A stretch of 64,000 bases of DNA from Vicinamibacterales bacterium (GCA_040081715.1 JBEBFY010000017.1:319-64318); one strand, 5' to 3'. Counted from the first letter of the stretch, positions 29,523 to 38,777 are shown. Notes: a model not told the origin generated them from the sequence alone. Made by a program: numbers and translations.

Positions 29523-30532
29523 CCGACTTCGCCGGGTTCTATCAGGGCCGCGCCGTCATGGTCACCGGCGGCATGGGCTTCATCGGCAGCAACCTTGCCC
29601 GCCGCCTGGTCTCGCTGGGCGCGCGCGTGATCGTGGTGGACTCCCTCATCCCGGAGTACGGCGGGAACCGGTTCAACCTCGACGGGGTCGAGGATCGGCT
29701 GACGGTCAACATCGCCGACATCCGCCAGCAGAGCTCGATGAACTACCTCGTGCAGGGCCGCGACGTGATCTTCAATCTCGCGGGCCAGGTGAGCCACATC
29801 GACAGTATCAAGGACCCTCAGACGGACCTGGAGATCAACTGCCGGGCACAGTTGGTACTCCTCGAAGCGTGCCGCCACAACAACCCCGGCACGAAAGTGG
29901 TCTACGCCGGCACCCGGCAGGTGTATGGCCGCCCGCAGAACCTCCCGGTGTCCGAGCGGCACCTCGTGCGGCCAACCGACATCAACGGCATCAACAAGGC
30001 CGCCGGCGAGTACTACCATCTCGTCTACAACGACGTGTACGGCGTGCGGGCGTGCTCGCTGCGCCTGACCAACGTCTACGGCCCGCGTCAGTTGATCCGC
30101 CACAACCGCCAGGGCTTCATCGGCTGGTTCATCCGCCTGGCCATCGAGGACAGGGAGATCCAGATCTACGGCGACGGCTCACAGATCCGGGATTTCGTCT
30201 ACGTGGATGACGCCGTTGATGCGTTCCTCCGCGCGGGGGCATCGGACGACTGCAACGGGATGCCGCTCAACGTGGGCGGCGCCGAGCCAATCACGCACCG
30301 GGACCTCGTCGCCCAGTTGCTCTCCGTGGCCGGCTCGGGCCGCTCCACCTGTATCCCGTGGCCGGCCGAGAAGAAGGCCATCGACATCGGCAGCTTCTAC
30401 AGTGACTCGTCGCGCATCGCGGAGGTGCTCGGGTGGACGCCGCGGGTCCGCTTGCAGGACGGGCTGGCGCGCACGGTGGCGTACTACCGCGAACATCGGC
30501 TCCAGTACGTCGACGCCGCGCCGGCTTCGTGA
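29519..30532 (+). CDS. NAD-dependent nucleotide-sugar epimerase/dehydratase
   Basis: TGGMGFIGS, FNLAG, NGINK in place of YxxxK, LRLTNVYGPR, YGDGSQIRDF. Confidence 0.88.
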   Translation: MTDFAGFYQGRAVMVTGGMGFIGSNLARRLVSLGARVIVVDSLIPEYGGNRFNLDGVEDRLTVNIADIRQQSSMNYLVQGRDVIFNLAGQVSHIDSIKDPQTDLEINCRAQLVLLEACRHNNPGTKVVYAGTRQVYGRPQNLPVSERHLVRPTDINGINKAAGEYYHLVYNDVYGVRACSLRLTNVYGPRQLIRHNRQGFIGWFIRLAIEDREIQIYGDGSQIRDFVYVDDAVDAFLRAGASDDCNGMPLNVGGAEPITHRDLVAQLLSVAGSGRSTCIPWPAEKKAIDIGSFYSDSSRIAEVLGWTPRVRLQDGLARTVAYYREHRLQYVDAAPAS

Positions 30533-31641
30533 ACGTGGACCGGATTCCCTTCCTCTCGCTCGGGCCCGGCCCGGACGATGCCGCGGTCCGCGAGGCCCTC
30601 GACCGCGTGTTGACGCGGGGCCTCTTCGTGCTGGGTCCTGAGGGCGAAGCGTTCGAAGCCGAGTTCGCCAGGGCATCGGGCGCCGCGCACGCGGCCGGGG
30701 TGGGCAATGGCACCGACGCGCTGGCGCTCATCCTCCGCGCCCTCGACATCGGCCCGGGCGACGACGTCGTCGTGCCCGCCATCAGCGCAGCCTACACGGC
30801 CCTGGCGGTCACGATGGTGGGTGCGCGTCCGGTCTTCGCGGACGTGGAGCCGGGACGGCTCACGATGGACCCGCGATCCTGCGAGGCGCGGATCACGGCA
30901 CGGACACGCGCCATCATCCCCGTGCACCTCTTCGGCCAGGCTGCGGATCTCACCGCACTCGAGGCCGTGGCACGCGCGTCCGGTGCGGTGCTGGTGGAAG
31001 ACTGCTGCCAGGCTCACCTCGCCACGGCCGGGGGACGTCCCGTGGGCACGGTCGGCGTAGCAGGAGCGTTCAGCTTCTATCCGACCAAGAATCTCGGGGC
31101 ACTCGGCGACGGTGGTGCGGTAGTCACGGGCGACCGGGCCCTCGACGTGCGGGTGCGCCGCCTGCGCAACGGTGGCCAGACGGCACGGTACGAGCATCAG
31201 GAAGCGGGCGTGAACAGCCGACTTGATGAACTGCAGGCAGCCGTCCTGCGGGCGCGGCTGCCGCAGCTTTCCGGCTGGACCGCGCGGCGCCGGGCCATCG
31301 CGGCACGGTTCCGCGCAGGGCTGGTGGCCAGCGCTGTCTCGCCGGTGCCGGAACTGGACGCGGGGCACGTGTATCATCTGTTTCCTGTGCGTCACCCCAA
31401 GCGCGACCAACTGCGCGCCGCGCTCGACGCGGCCGGCGTTGAGACGTTGATCCACTATCCGGTTCCCCTGCACGAGCAGCGGGCGTTCGCGTCCGCGAAC
31501 CCGGCCCCGTGCCCGGTCGCCGCCGAAGCCAGCGCGGAACTGGTCTCCCTTCCCCTTCACCCCGGCCTGCTCGACGCGCAGGTTGATCGGATCCTGGCGG
31601 CCGTGATCGCCGCCACGCCTGGTGAGGCCGGGCGACCATGA
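30529..31641 (+). CDS. DegT/DnrJ/EryC1/StrS PLP sugar aminotransferase
   Basis: GNGTDAL, PVHLFG, EDCCQAH, FSFYPTKNLGALGDGG, NSRLDELQAA, IHYP. GTG start overlaps the upstream stop. Confidence 0.92.
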   Translation: MNVDRIPFLSLGPGPDDAAVREALDRVLTRGLFVLGPEGEAFEAEFARASGAAHAAGVGNGTDALALILRALDIGPGDDVVVPAISAAYTALAVTMVGARPVFADVEPGRLTMDPRSCEARITARTRAIIPVHLFGQAADLTALEAVARASGAVLVEDCCQAHLATAGGRPVGTVGVAGAFSFYPTKNLGALGDGGAVVTGDRALDVRVRRLRNGGQTARYEHQEAGVNSRLDELQAAVLRARLPQLSGWTARRRAIAARFRAGLVASAVSPVPELDAGHVYHLFPVRHPKRDQLRAALDAAGVETLIHYPVPLHEQRAFASANPAPCPVAAEASAELVSLPLHPGLLDAQVDRILAAVIAATPGEAGRP

Positions 31642-32600
31642 ACGTACTCATCACCGGCGGCGCAGGCTTCGTCGGGTCGCACCTCGCGGAGCGGCTCCTG
31701 TCACTCGGCCACACGGTGGCCGTGCTCGACGATCTCTCAACGGGATCGCTCGCCAACGTGGCCGCACTCCAGGGGCACCCCGGCTTCAGTTGCACCATCG
31801 ACTCGGTGACCGCCGAGCCGGTGCTCGCGGAGATGGTCGACCGGGCCGACGTCGTGTTTCACCTGGCCGCGGCCGTCGGCGTCAAGCTCATCGTGCAGCG
31901 TCCCGTGCACACCATCGAGACCAACGTGCACGGCACCGAGGTCGTCCTGAAGCACGCCGTCCCGGGCCGGAAGAAGGTGTTCATCGCGTCGAGCTCCGAG
32001 GTGTACGGCAAGAGCACGAACGTGCCGTTCCACGAAGATGCCGACCTGGTGCTCGGACCCACCTCCAAGCACCGGTGGGCGTACGCCTGCAGCAAGCTCA
32101 TCGACGAATTCCTCGCGCTGGCGTACTGGAAAGAGCAGGGCCTGCCGGTGGTCGTCGTGCGCCTGTTCAATACCGTCGGCCCTCGCCAGACGGGCCAGTA
32201 CGGGATGGTGCTGCCACGGTTTGTGACCCAGGCGCTCTCGGGCGAGCCCATCACGGTGTACGGCGACGGTACCCAGTCGCGCAGCTTCACCTACGTGGGC
32301 GACGTGGTGGATGCGCTGGTGGCGCTGGCCGCCGAGCCGCGGGCCGTCGGGCAGGTCTTCAACATCGGCAACGCTGAGGAAATATCCATCCGTGCACTCG
32401 CCGAGCGGGTGCGCAACCTCGCGGAGAGCCCGTCGTCGATCATCACGGTGCCGTACGACGAAGCCTACGAGGCCGGATTCGAGGACATGCCGCGGCGCGT
32501 GCCCGACATCTCGCGCATCCAGGCGCTGGTGGGCTTCACGCCGCAGGTTCCGCTGGACGAGATCATCCGCCGCGTCGTCGCGTTCCATCGCGGCGCCTGA
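31638..32600 (+). CDS. NAD-dependent epimerase/dehydratase (UDP-glucuronate decarboxylase / GalE-like)
   Basis: ITGGAGFVGSHL, HLAAAVGV, SSSEVYGK, YACSK, RLFNTVGPRQ, GDGTQSRSF. Confidence 0.9.
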   Translation: MNVLITGGAGFVGSHLAERLLSLGHTVAVLDDLSTGSLANVAALQGHPGFSCTIDSVTAEPVLAEMVDRADVVFHLAAAVGVKLIVQRPVHTIETNVHGTEVVLKHAVPGRKKVFIASSSEVYGKSTNVPFHEDADLVLGPTSKHRWAYACSKLIDEFLALAYWKEQGLPVVVVRLFNTVGPRQTGQYGMVLPRFVTQALSGEPITVYGDGTQSRSFTYVGDVVDALVALAAEPRAVGQVFNIGNAEEISIRALAERVRNLAESPSSIITVPYDEAYEAGFEDMPRRVPDISRIQALVGFTPQVPLDEIIRRVVAFHRGA

Positions 32601-32641
32601 CCGGCTGGCGCACCTCGACTTGCACCGGCGCGGGCCGTAGA

Positions 32642-33421
32642 ATGCACCCATTGGTTCCCTCCATGCACCGCCTGGCTCTCACACTCCTTCTCCTCGCCGC
32701 GACCGACCTGCCGGCCTCTGCCCAGCAGGTCGCGCTCAGCATGCGCGACGGGCTGGTGACGATGGATGCCCGGAATGCCACCGTCCGGCAGATCCTGTCC
32801 GAGTGGGCGAAGGTGGGACGCGTGGCCGTGGTGAATGGGGAGACGGTGACGGGGCCGCCCGTGACGCTGCAACTCGCCAGCCTGCCGGAGCAGCAAGCGC
32901 TCGACATCATTCTTCGCGGCGTCGCCGGATACATGGTGGTGGCGCGTGCCGGCGGCGCGCCTCTGGAGGCCTCGCTCGCGCGCTTTGACCGCGTGCTGAT
33001 CCTGCCGGCCAGCGCGGTGCCCCCTGCCCCGGCGGCGGGGACCAGGACAGCACAGGCCCCGCGGCCGGGAGCACCCGCACCCGTGGCTGTGCCGCCGCCG
33101 TATCCAGTTGACGACTTCGAACCCGGCGACGCGGGCGACGATAACCCGCAGCCGGCACGCCCCGTGTTTCAGCCAGGCCCAGGGCCACGGCTGCTGCGGG
33201 CTCCGGTGAACTCGGGTGGAAACTTTCCCCCGATGGAACTGCCCAAGGGCGGTGTCCCTCCGGTGGTCGGCTACCAGCAGCCGGGCGCGCCCGCGGGTCA
33301 GGGGGGGGCGGCGACCCCGGCCAATCCCTTTGGCATCCCGCCGGGCTCGGGAGGAGCCCCCGGCGTCGTCGTCCCGGTGGCACCCGGCCCCAATCCCGGC
33401 GCCGGGCCGGCTACCCGCTGA
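32642..33421 (+). CDS. Secreted protein: secretin-N0/STN-like domain plus Pro/Gly-rich tail
   Basis: Signal peptide (start possibly ATG 32663); VTMDARNATVRQILSEWA..VTLQLASLPEQQALDIILRG resembles the N0/STN domain; low-complexity C-terminal half. Confidence 0.6.
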   Translation: MHPLVPSMHRLALTLLLLAATDLPASAQQVALSMRDGLVTMDARNATVRQILSEWAKVGRVAVVNGETVTGPPVTLQLASLPEQQALDIILRGVAGYMVVARAGGAPLEASLARFDRVLILPASAVPPAPAAGTRTAQAPRPGAPAPVAVPPPYPVDDFEPGDAGDDNPQPARPVFQPGPGPRLLRAPVNSGGNFPPMELPKGGVPPVVGYQQPGAPAGQGGAATPANPFGIPPGSGGAPGVVVPVAPGPNPGAGPATR

Positions 33422-33433
33422 CAGCGCCCATCA

Positions 33434-34477
33434 ATGGCGGAGATTGACCGTTTTCGCCCCGACGACCGCCGCGGGGTCGAAACGCTCTACCGGCGTACGC
33501 ACGGAGCCGACGCCGTCCTCGCGCACAACCTCCGGTGGGACTGGCAGCACCGGCGTAACCCGGCCAACACCGGCGGACAGCCCAGCATCTGGGTGGCCCA
33601 TGAGGGCCCGACCGTCGTCGGCCACTTCCCGACACTGCCGGTCCGGCTCTCGCTCCGCGGCATGAGCGTGGAGGCGGCGTGGGGATCGGAAACCTACGTA
33701 GCCCCTGAACGGGAGTCGCTGGCCCTGGATGAAGCGCTGGTCAGGGCCTGGGACCGGAACACGGGCGCGGCGCTGACGCTCGGCATCAGCAAAGGGACGC
33801 GCGCGCTCTTCAACCGCATCCACTGGCCGCCCGCCACGGTGGTGCCGTGCCTGGTGAAGCCGCTCACGCGGCGTGCGCTGCGGCTGCCGAACGTGCCGCT
33901 CCTCATCAACCGCCTGGTGTCAGCGCTCGCGCTGCCGGTGATCCGCGTCGTGGCACGTTCCCGCCCGCTGCGCGCCGAGTGTGAACCCATCCGCCGGTTC
34001 GACCAGTCGTTCACGGCCCTCTGGGAACGCATCGCGCCGCAGTTCGACCTTGCCGTGGGCCGCGACGCCGCGTACCTGAACTGGCGCTATATCGAGCCGC
34101 CGCACGTCCGCTATTCGGTGGTGGCGCTCAAGCGTGAAGGGGAAGTGCATGGGTATGCCGTGTACCGTCACCGTCAGGAACCGCTCGGCAAGGTCACCTT
34201 GCTCGTCGACCTGCTGGTGGCGCCGCACGACCGTTCCGGCCTCAAGACACTCCTGCGGTGGGTGGATCGCGAGGCCCGCGCGGAAGACACGGACAAGGTG
34301 CGCTGCTACGTGACGCACGCGGCCTTCCGGAAGGTGCTCAAGCGGAACGGCTACTTCCAGGTCAAGTCCGGGCTCGACGTCGCGGTCAAGATTAACGCGG
34401 TCCAGGTGCCCCCCGGCTTCTACGACCAGACCGACGGGTGGCACATCACGTACGGCGATTCGGATCAGGATCATTAG
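33434..34477 (+). CDS. Two-domain GNAT-family acyltransferase-like protein
   Basis: WDWQHRRNP, VVGHFPTLP, RDAAYLNWRY, GYAVYR, LVDLL patterns, seen in polysaccharide-locus GNAT proteins. Confidence 0.65.
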   Translation: MAEIDRFRPDDRRGVETLYRRTHGADAVLAHNLRWDWQHRRNPANTGGQPSIWVAHEGPTVVGHFPTLPVRLSLRGMSVEAAWGSETYVAPERESLALDEALVRAWDRNTGAALTLGISKGTRALFNRIHWPPATVVPCLVKPLTRRALRLPNVPLLINRLVSALALPVIRVVARSRPLRAECEPIRRFDQSFTALWERIAPQFDLAVGRDAAYLNWRYIEPPHVRYSVVALKREGEVHGYAVYRHRQEPLGKVTLLVDLLVAPHDRSGLKTLLRWVDREARAEDTDKVRCYVTHAAFRKVLKRNGYFQVKSGLDVAVKINAVQVPPGFYDQTDGWHITYGDSDQDH

Positions 34478-34488
34478 GACCCATAGCC

Positions 34489-34950
34489 ATGGCAGACGTC
34501 ACGCTCACCGCTCGCATCAACACGTTGATTGTCACGGCCATGAAGGCAAAGGACGCCGGGCGCCTTGGCGCCCTGCGGATGCTCAAGGCCGCGGTCATGA
34601 ATCGCGGTGTCGAAAAGGGACGCGACCTCGACGACGCGGAGGTCCTGGTGGTCGTCTCGCAACTGGTCAAGCAGCGCCGGGATTCCATCGAACAGTTCGC
34701 CGCCGCCGGGCGTCAGGACCTGGTCGACAAGGAATCGGCCGAGTTGGTCATCCTGGAGGAGTTCCAGCCTCCCGCGGCATCGGCTGTGGAGATTGACGCG
34801 GCTGTGGCGGCGGCGATGCTGGAAACCGGGGCCACGTCTCCGAAGGACATGGGCAAGGTGATGAAGGCGGTCCAGGCCGGGCTGGCCGGCAAGACCGTCG
34901 ACGGCAGAGCTGTCAGCGAGGCGGTGAAAGCCAGGCTCGCGGGCCTGTAG
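34489..34950 (+). CDS. GatB/YqeY-domain protein
   Basis: AMKAKD..LRMLKAA..KQRRDSIEQF..GRQDLVDKE..KDMGKVM..DGRAVSEAVK; start ATG 34489. Confidence 0.92.
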   Translation: MADVTLTARINTLIVTAMKAKDAGRLGALRMLKAAVMNRGVEKGRDLDDAEVLVVVSQLVKQRRDSIEQFAAAGRQDLVDKESAELVILEEFQPPAASAVEIDAAVAAAMLETGATSPKDMGKVMKAVQAGLAGKTVDGRAVSEAVKARLAGL

Positions 34951-35027
34951 CCATGCCGGGGGATCAGCGACACACCGCGACAACAACGTTAAGACTTTGC
35001 CGTCGTATCGTGCGTCTATACTCCTCA

Positions 35028-35089
35028 GTAAGGCCTAGTCAGCCTTCTCCCTTCCCTTCGGGTCTCCGCGCTGCGGAGGCCCGTTTTTT
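35028..35089 (+). ncRNA. Candidate ~60-nt small RNA or leader upstream of murJ
   Basis: -10 TATACT (35017-35022), 5' hairpin aaggc/gcctt (35030-35046), single-stranded CUCCCUUCCCUU tract, then an intrinsic terminator. No ORF on this strand. Confidence 0.5.
35059..35089 (+). terminator. Rho-independent terminator
   Basis: cgggtctccgc-gct-gcggaggcccg followed by TTTTTT. Confidence 0.85.
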
Positions 35090-35098
35090 CTGTACGCC

Positions 35099-36706
35099 GT
35101 GAGCGCCCCGGAAGCGCCAAGGCCCAGCGAGGGCCTGGCTCGCGCCGCAGGCGTCACCGGAGCGGCCACGCTGGCCAGCCGCATTCTGGGCGTGGTGCGC
35201 GAACAGGTACTGGCGTCACTGTTCGGGGCCAGTGACGCCATGGACGCCTTCAATGTGGCGTTCCGCGTGCCCAACATGGTGCGCGACCTCTTCGCCGAAG
35301 GCGCCATGAGCGCGGCCTTCGTCCCGACATTCACGAAGACGCTCGCCACGGACGGGCGCGAGGCGGCCTGGCGTCTGGCCAGCACCGTCATCAACGCCCT
35401 CCTGCTCATCACGGGCGCGCTCGCGCTGCTGGCAATCCTCTTTGCCGAACCCCTTGTGGGCGCGTTTGCCGGGGACTACGAGCACGTGCCTGGCAAGCTC
35501 GGACTCACAGTGAGTCTGACGCGGACCATGGCTCCGTTCCTTACGCTGGTGGCCGTGGCTGCCGCCTGCATGGGGATGCTCAACAGCCTCCGGCACTTCT
35601 TCATTCCGGCGCTGTCGCCGGCGACCTTCAACGTCGCGACGGTGCTGTGCGCGGTGCTGCTGACGCCGGTGATGTCAGCCATCGGGCTGCCCCCGATCGC
35701 CTCCATCGCCATCGGCACACTGGCTGGCGGTGTGGGGCAGATTGCGCTTCAGTGGCCCGCGCTCCGGGCAGAGGGGTACCGCCACCGTTTCGTCCTCGAC
35801 CTGCGCGATCCCGGGCTACGCCGCATCCTGCTGCTGATGGGACCGGGGACCATCGGCCTCGCGGCCACGCAGGTCAACGTATTCGTCAACACGGTGCTGG
35901 CGACCGGCCAGGGCACCGGCGCGGTGTCGTGGCTGAACTATGCGTTCCGCCTGATGTACCTGCCGATTGGCCTCTTCGGGGTATCGATCGCCACGGCGAT
36001 CGTCCCGGCGGTGTCGCGCCACGTCGCCGCGGGGGCATCGACGGCGGTCCGGTCCACCGTGGCCGACGGGCTGTCGCTGATGCTGATGCTCAACGTGCCT
36101 GCCACGATCGGCCTGGCCGTACTCGCCACGCCGATAGTGCAACTGCTCTTTGAACGGCTGGCGTTCACCGCCGCGGATACGGCCGCCACGGCCAGTGCCC
36201 TGCAGTTCTACGCGATCGGCCTCGTGGGCTATTCGGTGTCGCGGATTACCGCGCCGACTTTTTATGCGCTGGGCGACAGCCGGACGCCGGTCGTGGTCAG
36301 CGTGATTTCGGTACTGACCAACGCGGGCCTGAACATCGTGCTGTCGCGGGCGTTCGGCTTTACGGGCCTCGCGCTCGGCACGTCGCTCGCGGCCCTGCTG
36401 AGCGCCACGCTGCTCGTGTGGCTGCTGCAGCGCCGACTTGGCGGCATCGAAGGGAGACGCATCGCGTCGTCCTTCGTACGGGTCACCGTCGCTGCCGTCC
36501 TGATGGGAGCCGCGGCGGCGGTGCTCTACCCGTGGCTCGCAGCCGAGCTTCCGGGATCCGGCCTGGTGCCGCAGATCCTGCGGCTCTCCATCACCATGGG
36601 CGCTGCGCTGCTGGTGCTGGCCGCGTCGGCCTGGGCGCTGAGGATTCCGGAGTTCGGCCTGGCCACCGCGATGGTCGCCAGGCGATTCGGGGCGGGCCGG
36701 CGGTGA
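35099..36706 (+). CDS. murJ: Lipid II flippase MurJ (MviN)
   Basis: SRILGVVRE, DAFNVAFRVPN, FAEGAMSAAFVP, LNYAFRLMYLPIGLFG, FYALGDSRTP. Confidence 0.96.
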   Translation: MSAPEAPRPSEGLARAAGVTGAATLASRILGVVREQVLASLFGASDAMDAFNVAFRVPNMVRDLFAEGAMSAAFVPTFTKTLATDGREAAWRLASTVINALLLITGALALLAILFAEPLVGAFAGDYEHVPGKLGLTVSLTRTMAPFLTLVAVAAACMGMLNSLRHFFIPALSPATFNVATVLCAVLLTPVMSAIGLPPIASIAIGTLAGGVGQIALQWPALRAEGYRHRFVLDLRDPGLRRILLLMGPGTIGLAATQVNVFVNTVLATGQGTGAVSWLNYAFRLMYLPIGLFGVSIATAIVPAVSRHVAAGASTAVRSTVADGLSLMLMLNVPATIGLAVLATPIVQLLFERLAFTAADTAATASALQFYAIGLVGYSVSRITAPTFYALGDSRTPVVVSVISVLTNAGLNIVLSRAFGFTGLALGTSLAALLSATLLVWLLQRRLGGIEGRRIASSFVRVTVAAVLMGAAAAVLYPWLAAELPGSGLVPQILRLSITMGAALLVLAASAWALRIPEFGLATAMVARRFGAGRR

Positions 36707-37872
36707 AGATCCGTCTGTTCGGATTGCCCCCGGTCATCACCGTGATGGCCGCGACGCACTTCGTCGTGGACGGCTTCAGCAACATCTACGCGCCTCTGCT
36801 GCCGGTGCTGATTCCCCGCCTGGGCCTGACGCTGGCCACGGCCGGGCTGCTGCAGACCTGCCTGCAGCTCTCGAACTCCGTGTCGCAACTCGCCTTCGGC
36901 GCTCTGGCTGACCGGTGGAAGCCGCGCGTGCTGCTCATCGCGGGGCCGCTGCTCTCTGTCGCCGTCCTCAGCCTGATCGGCCTTGCCAACAATGTGTGGA
37001 CGGTCGCCGCCGTGCTCATCGTCGGCGGACTCGGCGGCGCGGCCTTTCATCCGCCGGCCGCGGCGCTCGTCCACAAGGCCGGTGGTCACCGCCGCGGTCT
37101 GGCGATGTCGGTCCACATCACCGGCGGCTCAATGGGTTTTGCGCTCGGCCCGCTGATCTTCGCGCCGCTGGTGGGCTGGGCCGGCATCGAGTGGACGCCG
37201 GTGCTCATGGTGCCAGGCCTGCTGTTGCTGGCCAGTTGGCTCCGCCACATCCCCGCGGTGGACACCACGCACGAACCCCACGCCGTGCGCGGCTTTGCGG
37301 GGCTCCGGCCCTACGCGCGGCCGCTCACGCTGCTCTATCTCATCGTGGTGCTCCGCACGCTGACGGCCGTCAGCTTCTCCACCTTCGTGCCGGTACTCCT
37401 GACCAGACGCGGTGTGTCGATGGGCGCGGCCGGGGTGATGGCCGCCGTCTACCTCGCGGCCACGAGCGCGGGCGGTTTTTTCGGCGGTGCGATGGCGGAC
37501 CGCTGGGGCGCGCGCCGCGTCATCATCACGTCGCTCATCGCCGCGGTGCCCTTCCTGGCCGTGGCGCCACTCCTGCCAGACCGGTATTTCCTGCTGGTAC
37601 TCTCGGTCGGTGGATTCCTGCTCCAGTCCACGCTGCCGGTGAACGTCACGTTCGCGCAGACCCTCGCGCCCATCAGTGCCGCCACCGTGTCGTCTCTTAT
37701 GATGGGCTTCGCGTGGGGAACCGGTGGCCTGCTGGTGGCGCTGGTCGGCCTGTTGGCCGACCGGGCCGGTATCGAGCAGGCGCTGATGCTGGTGGCGCTG
37801 GCACCACTGGCCGCAGCCGCGCTGGCGTTGCCGCTGCCACAACAACCTGACCACGCCCGAGGTGTGAGATAG
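36703..37872 (+). CDS. MFS transporter (Fsr/fosmidomycin-resistance-like)
   Basis: THFVVD, GALADR, AAFHP, GGSMGFALGPL, GAMADRWG; ~12 TMs. GTG start overlaps the murJ stop. Confidence 0.88.
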   Translation: MKIRLFGLPPVITVMAATHFVVDGFSNIYAPLLPVLIPRLGLTLATAGLLQTCLQLSNSVSQLAFGALADRWKPRVLLIAGPLLSVAVLSLIGLANNVWTVAAVLIVGGLGGAAFHPPAAALVHKAGGHRRGLAMSVHITGGSMGFALGPLIFAPLVGWAGIEWTPVLMVPGLLLLASWLRHIPAVDTTHEPHAVRGFAGLRPYARPLTLLYLIVVLRTLTAVSFSTFVPVLLTRRGVSMGAAGVMAAVYLAATSAGGFFGGAMADRWGARRVIITSLIAAVPFLAVAPLLPDRYFLLVLSVGGFLLQSTLPVNVTFAQTLAPISAATVSSLMMGFAWGTGGLLVALVGLLADRAGIEQALMLVALAPLAAAALALPLPQQPDHARGVR

Positions 37873-37875
37873 CCG

Positions 37876-38625
37876 ATGCCGCCGACCCGACCGCGCTACT
37901 CGCCGCCTTCGTTCTCCTCGTCCTCGTTCGGGCCTGGCGCGTTGACGCCGGCCGTCCGCGCGCTCATCGTCGCCAACGTCGCGCTGTTCGTGCTCACGTT
38001 CCTCGTGCCAGAGATCACGCTCCGGCTCGGGCTCAGGCCCGCGGATGTCTTCGGGCGCTTCGCCATCTGGCAGCCCGTGACCTACATGTTCCTGCACGGG
38101 AGCCTCTCGCACATCCTCTTCAACATGCTGGGGCTCTGGATGTTCGGCGTGGAGCTCGAACGCACGTGGGGCACGGCGTTCTTCGCGCGCTACTACGCCG
38201 TGTGCGGCGTCGGCGCCGCGGCCACGACGCTCCTGGCCTCGCTCTTCCCCGGCTCCATCGGCGACGCGCTCTACCCGTCGCTGACCATCGGCGCCTCCGG
38301 CGCGGTGTACGGGCTCCTGCTCGCGTACGGGCAGTACTACCCGAACCGGCCGATCTACTTCTGGATGATCTTCCCGATCCCGGCCAGGTACTTCGTGCTG
38401 ATCATCGGCGCCATCTCGCTGTTCCTGTCAATGAGCCAGGTCGGCGGCGTGGCACACACCGCGCACCTCGGAGGCATCGTCGCCGGGTACCTGTATCTGA
38501 AAGGCGGCCGGATGCGCCCGATGGCGGAACTCACCTACCGCTACCAGCGCTGGAAGATCGACCGCCACCGCCGCAAGTTCGACGTCTACCCCGGCGGCCG
38601 CGGCCCCGGGCCCCGCGTGCACTAG
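37876..38625 (+). CDS. Rhomboid intramembrane serine protease
   Basis: WQPVTYMFLHG, HILFNM, GASG (catalytic Ser), AHTAHLGG (catalytic His). Confidence 0.93.
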   Translation: MPPTRPRYSPPSFSSSSFGPGALTPAVRALIVANVALFVLTFLVPEITLRLGLRPADVFGRFAIWQPVTYMFLHGSLSHILFNMLGLWMFGVELERTWGTAFFARYYAVCGVGAAATTLLASLFPGSIGDALYPSLTIGASGAVYGLLLAYGQYYPNRPIYFWMIFPIPARYFVLIIGAISLFLSMSQVGGVAHTAHLGGIVAGYLYLKGGRMRPMAELTYRYQRWKIDRHRRKFDVYPGGRGPGPRVH

Positions 38626-38637
38626 CGTGACCGGCGA

Positions 38638-38747
38638 GGCGGGGTGTGGCTGGGGTTCACCCATCGAGGGCGACTGCTTGTGATGGAGCCCTGACGTCAG
38701 GGGCGGCCACGGAGCCCACGAGGGGTGAAGTCCAGTTACGCCCCGCC
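38638..38747 (+). repeat. 110-nt rod-like inverted-repeat element between convergent genes
   Basis: 25-nt arms 38638-38662 and 38723-38747 pair with 4 G.U pairs and 1 mismatch on the + strand; internal perfect palindrome ccctgacgtcaggg (38689-38702). Confidence 0.75.
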
Positions 38748-38777
38748 GACTCACTGAGCCGCCGGCGCGAGGCTCGG

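Noticed and set aside
38638-38747. Assignment of the rod-like element as SRP RNA, 6S RNA or an integron attC site
   Set aside because: It lacks the SRP GNRA/helix-8 signature, is too short for 6S, and has no RYYYAAC/GTTRRRY ends.
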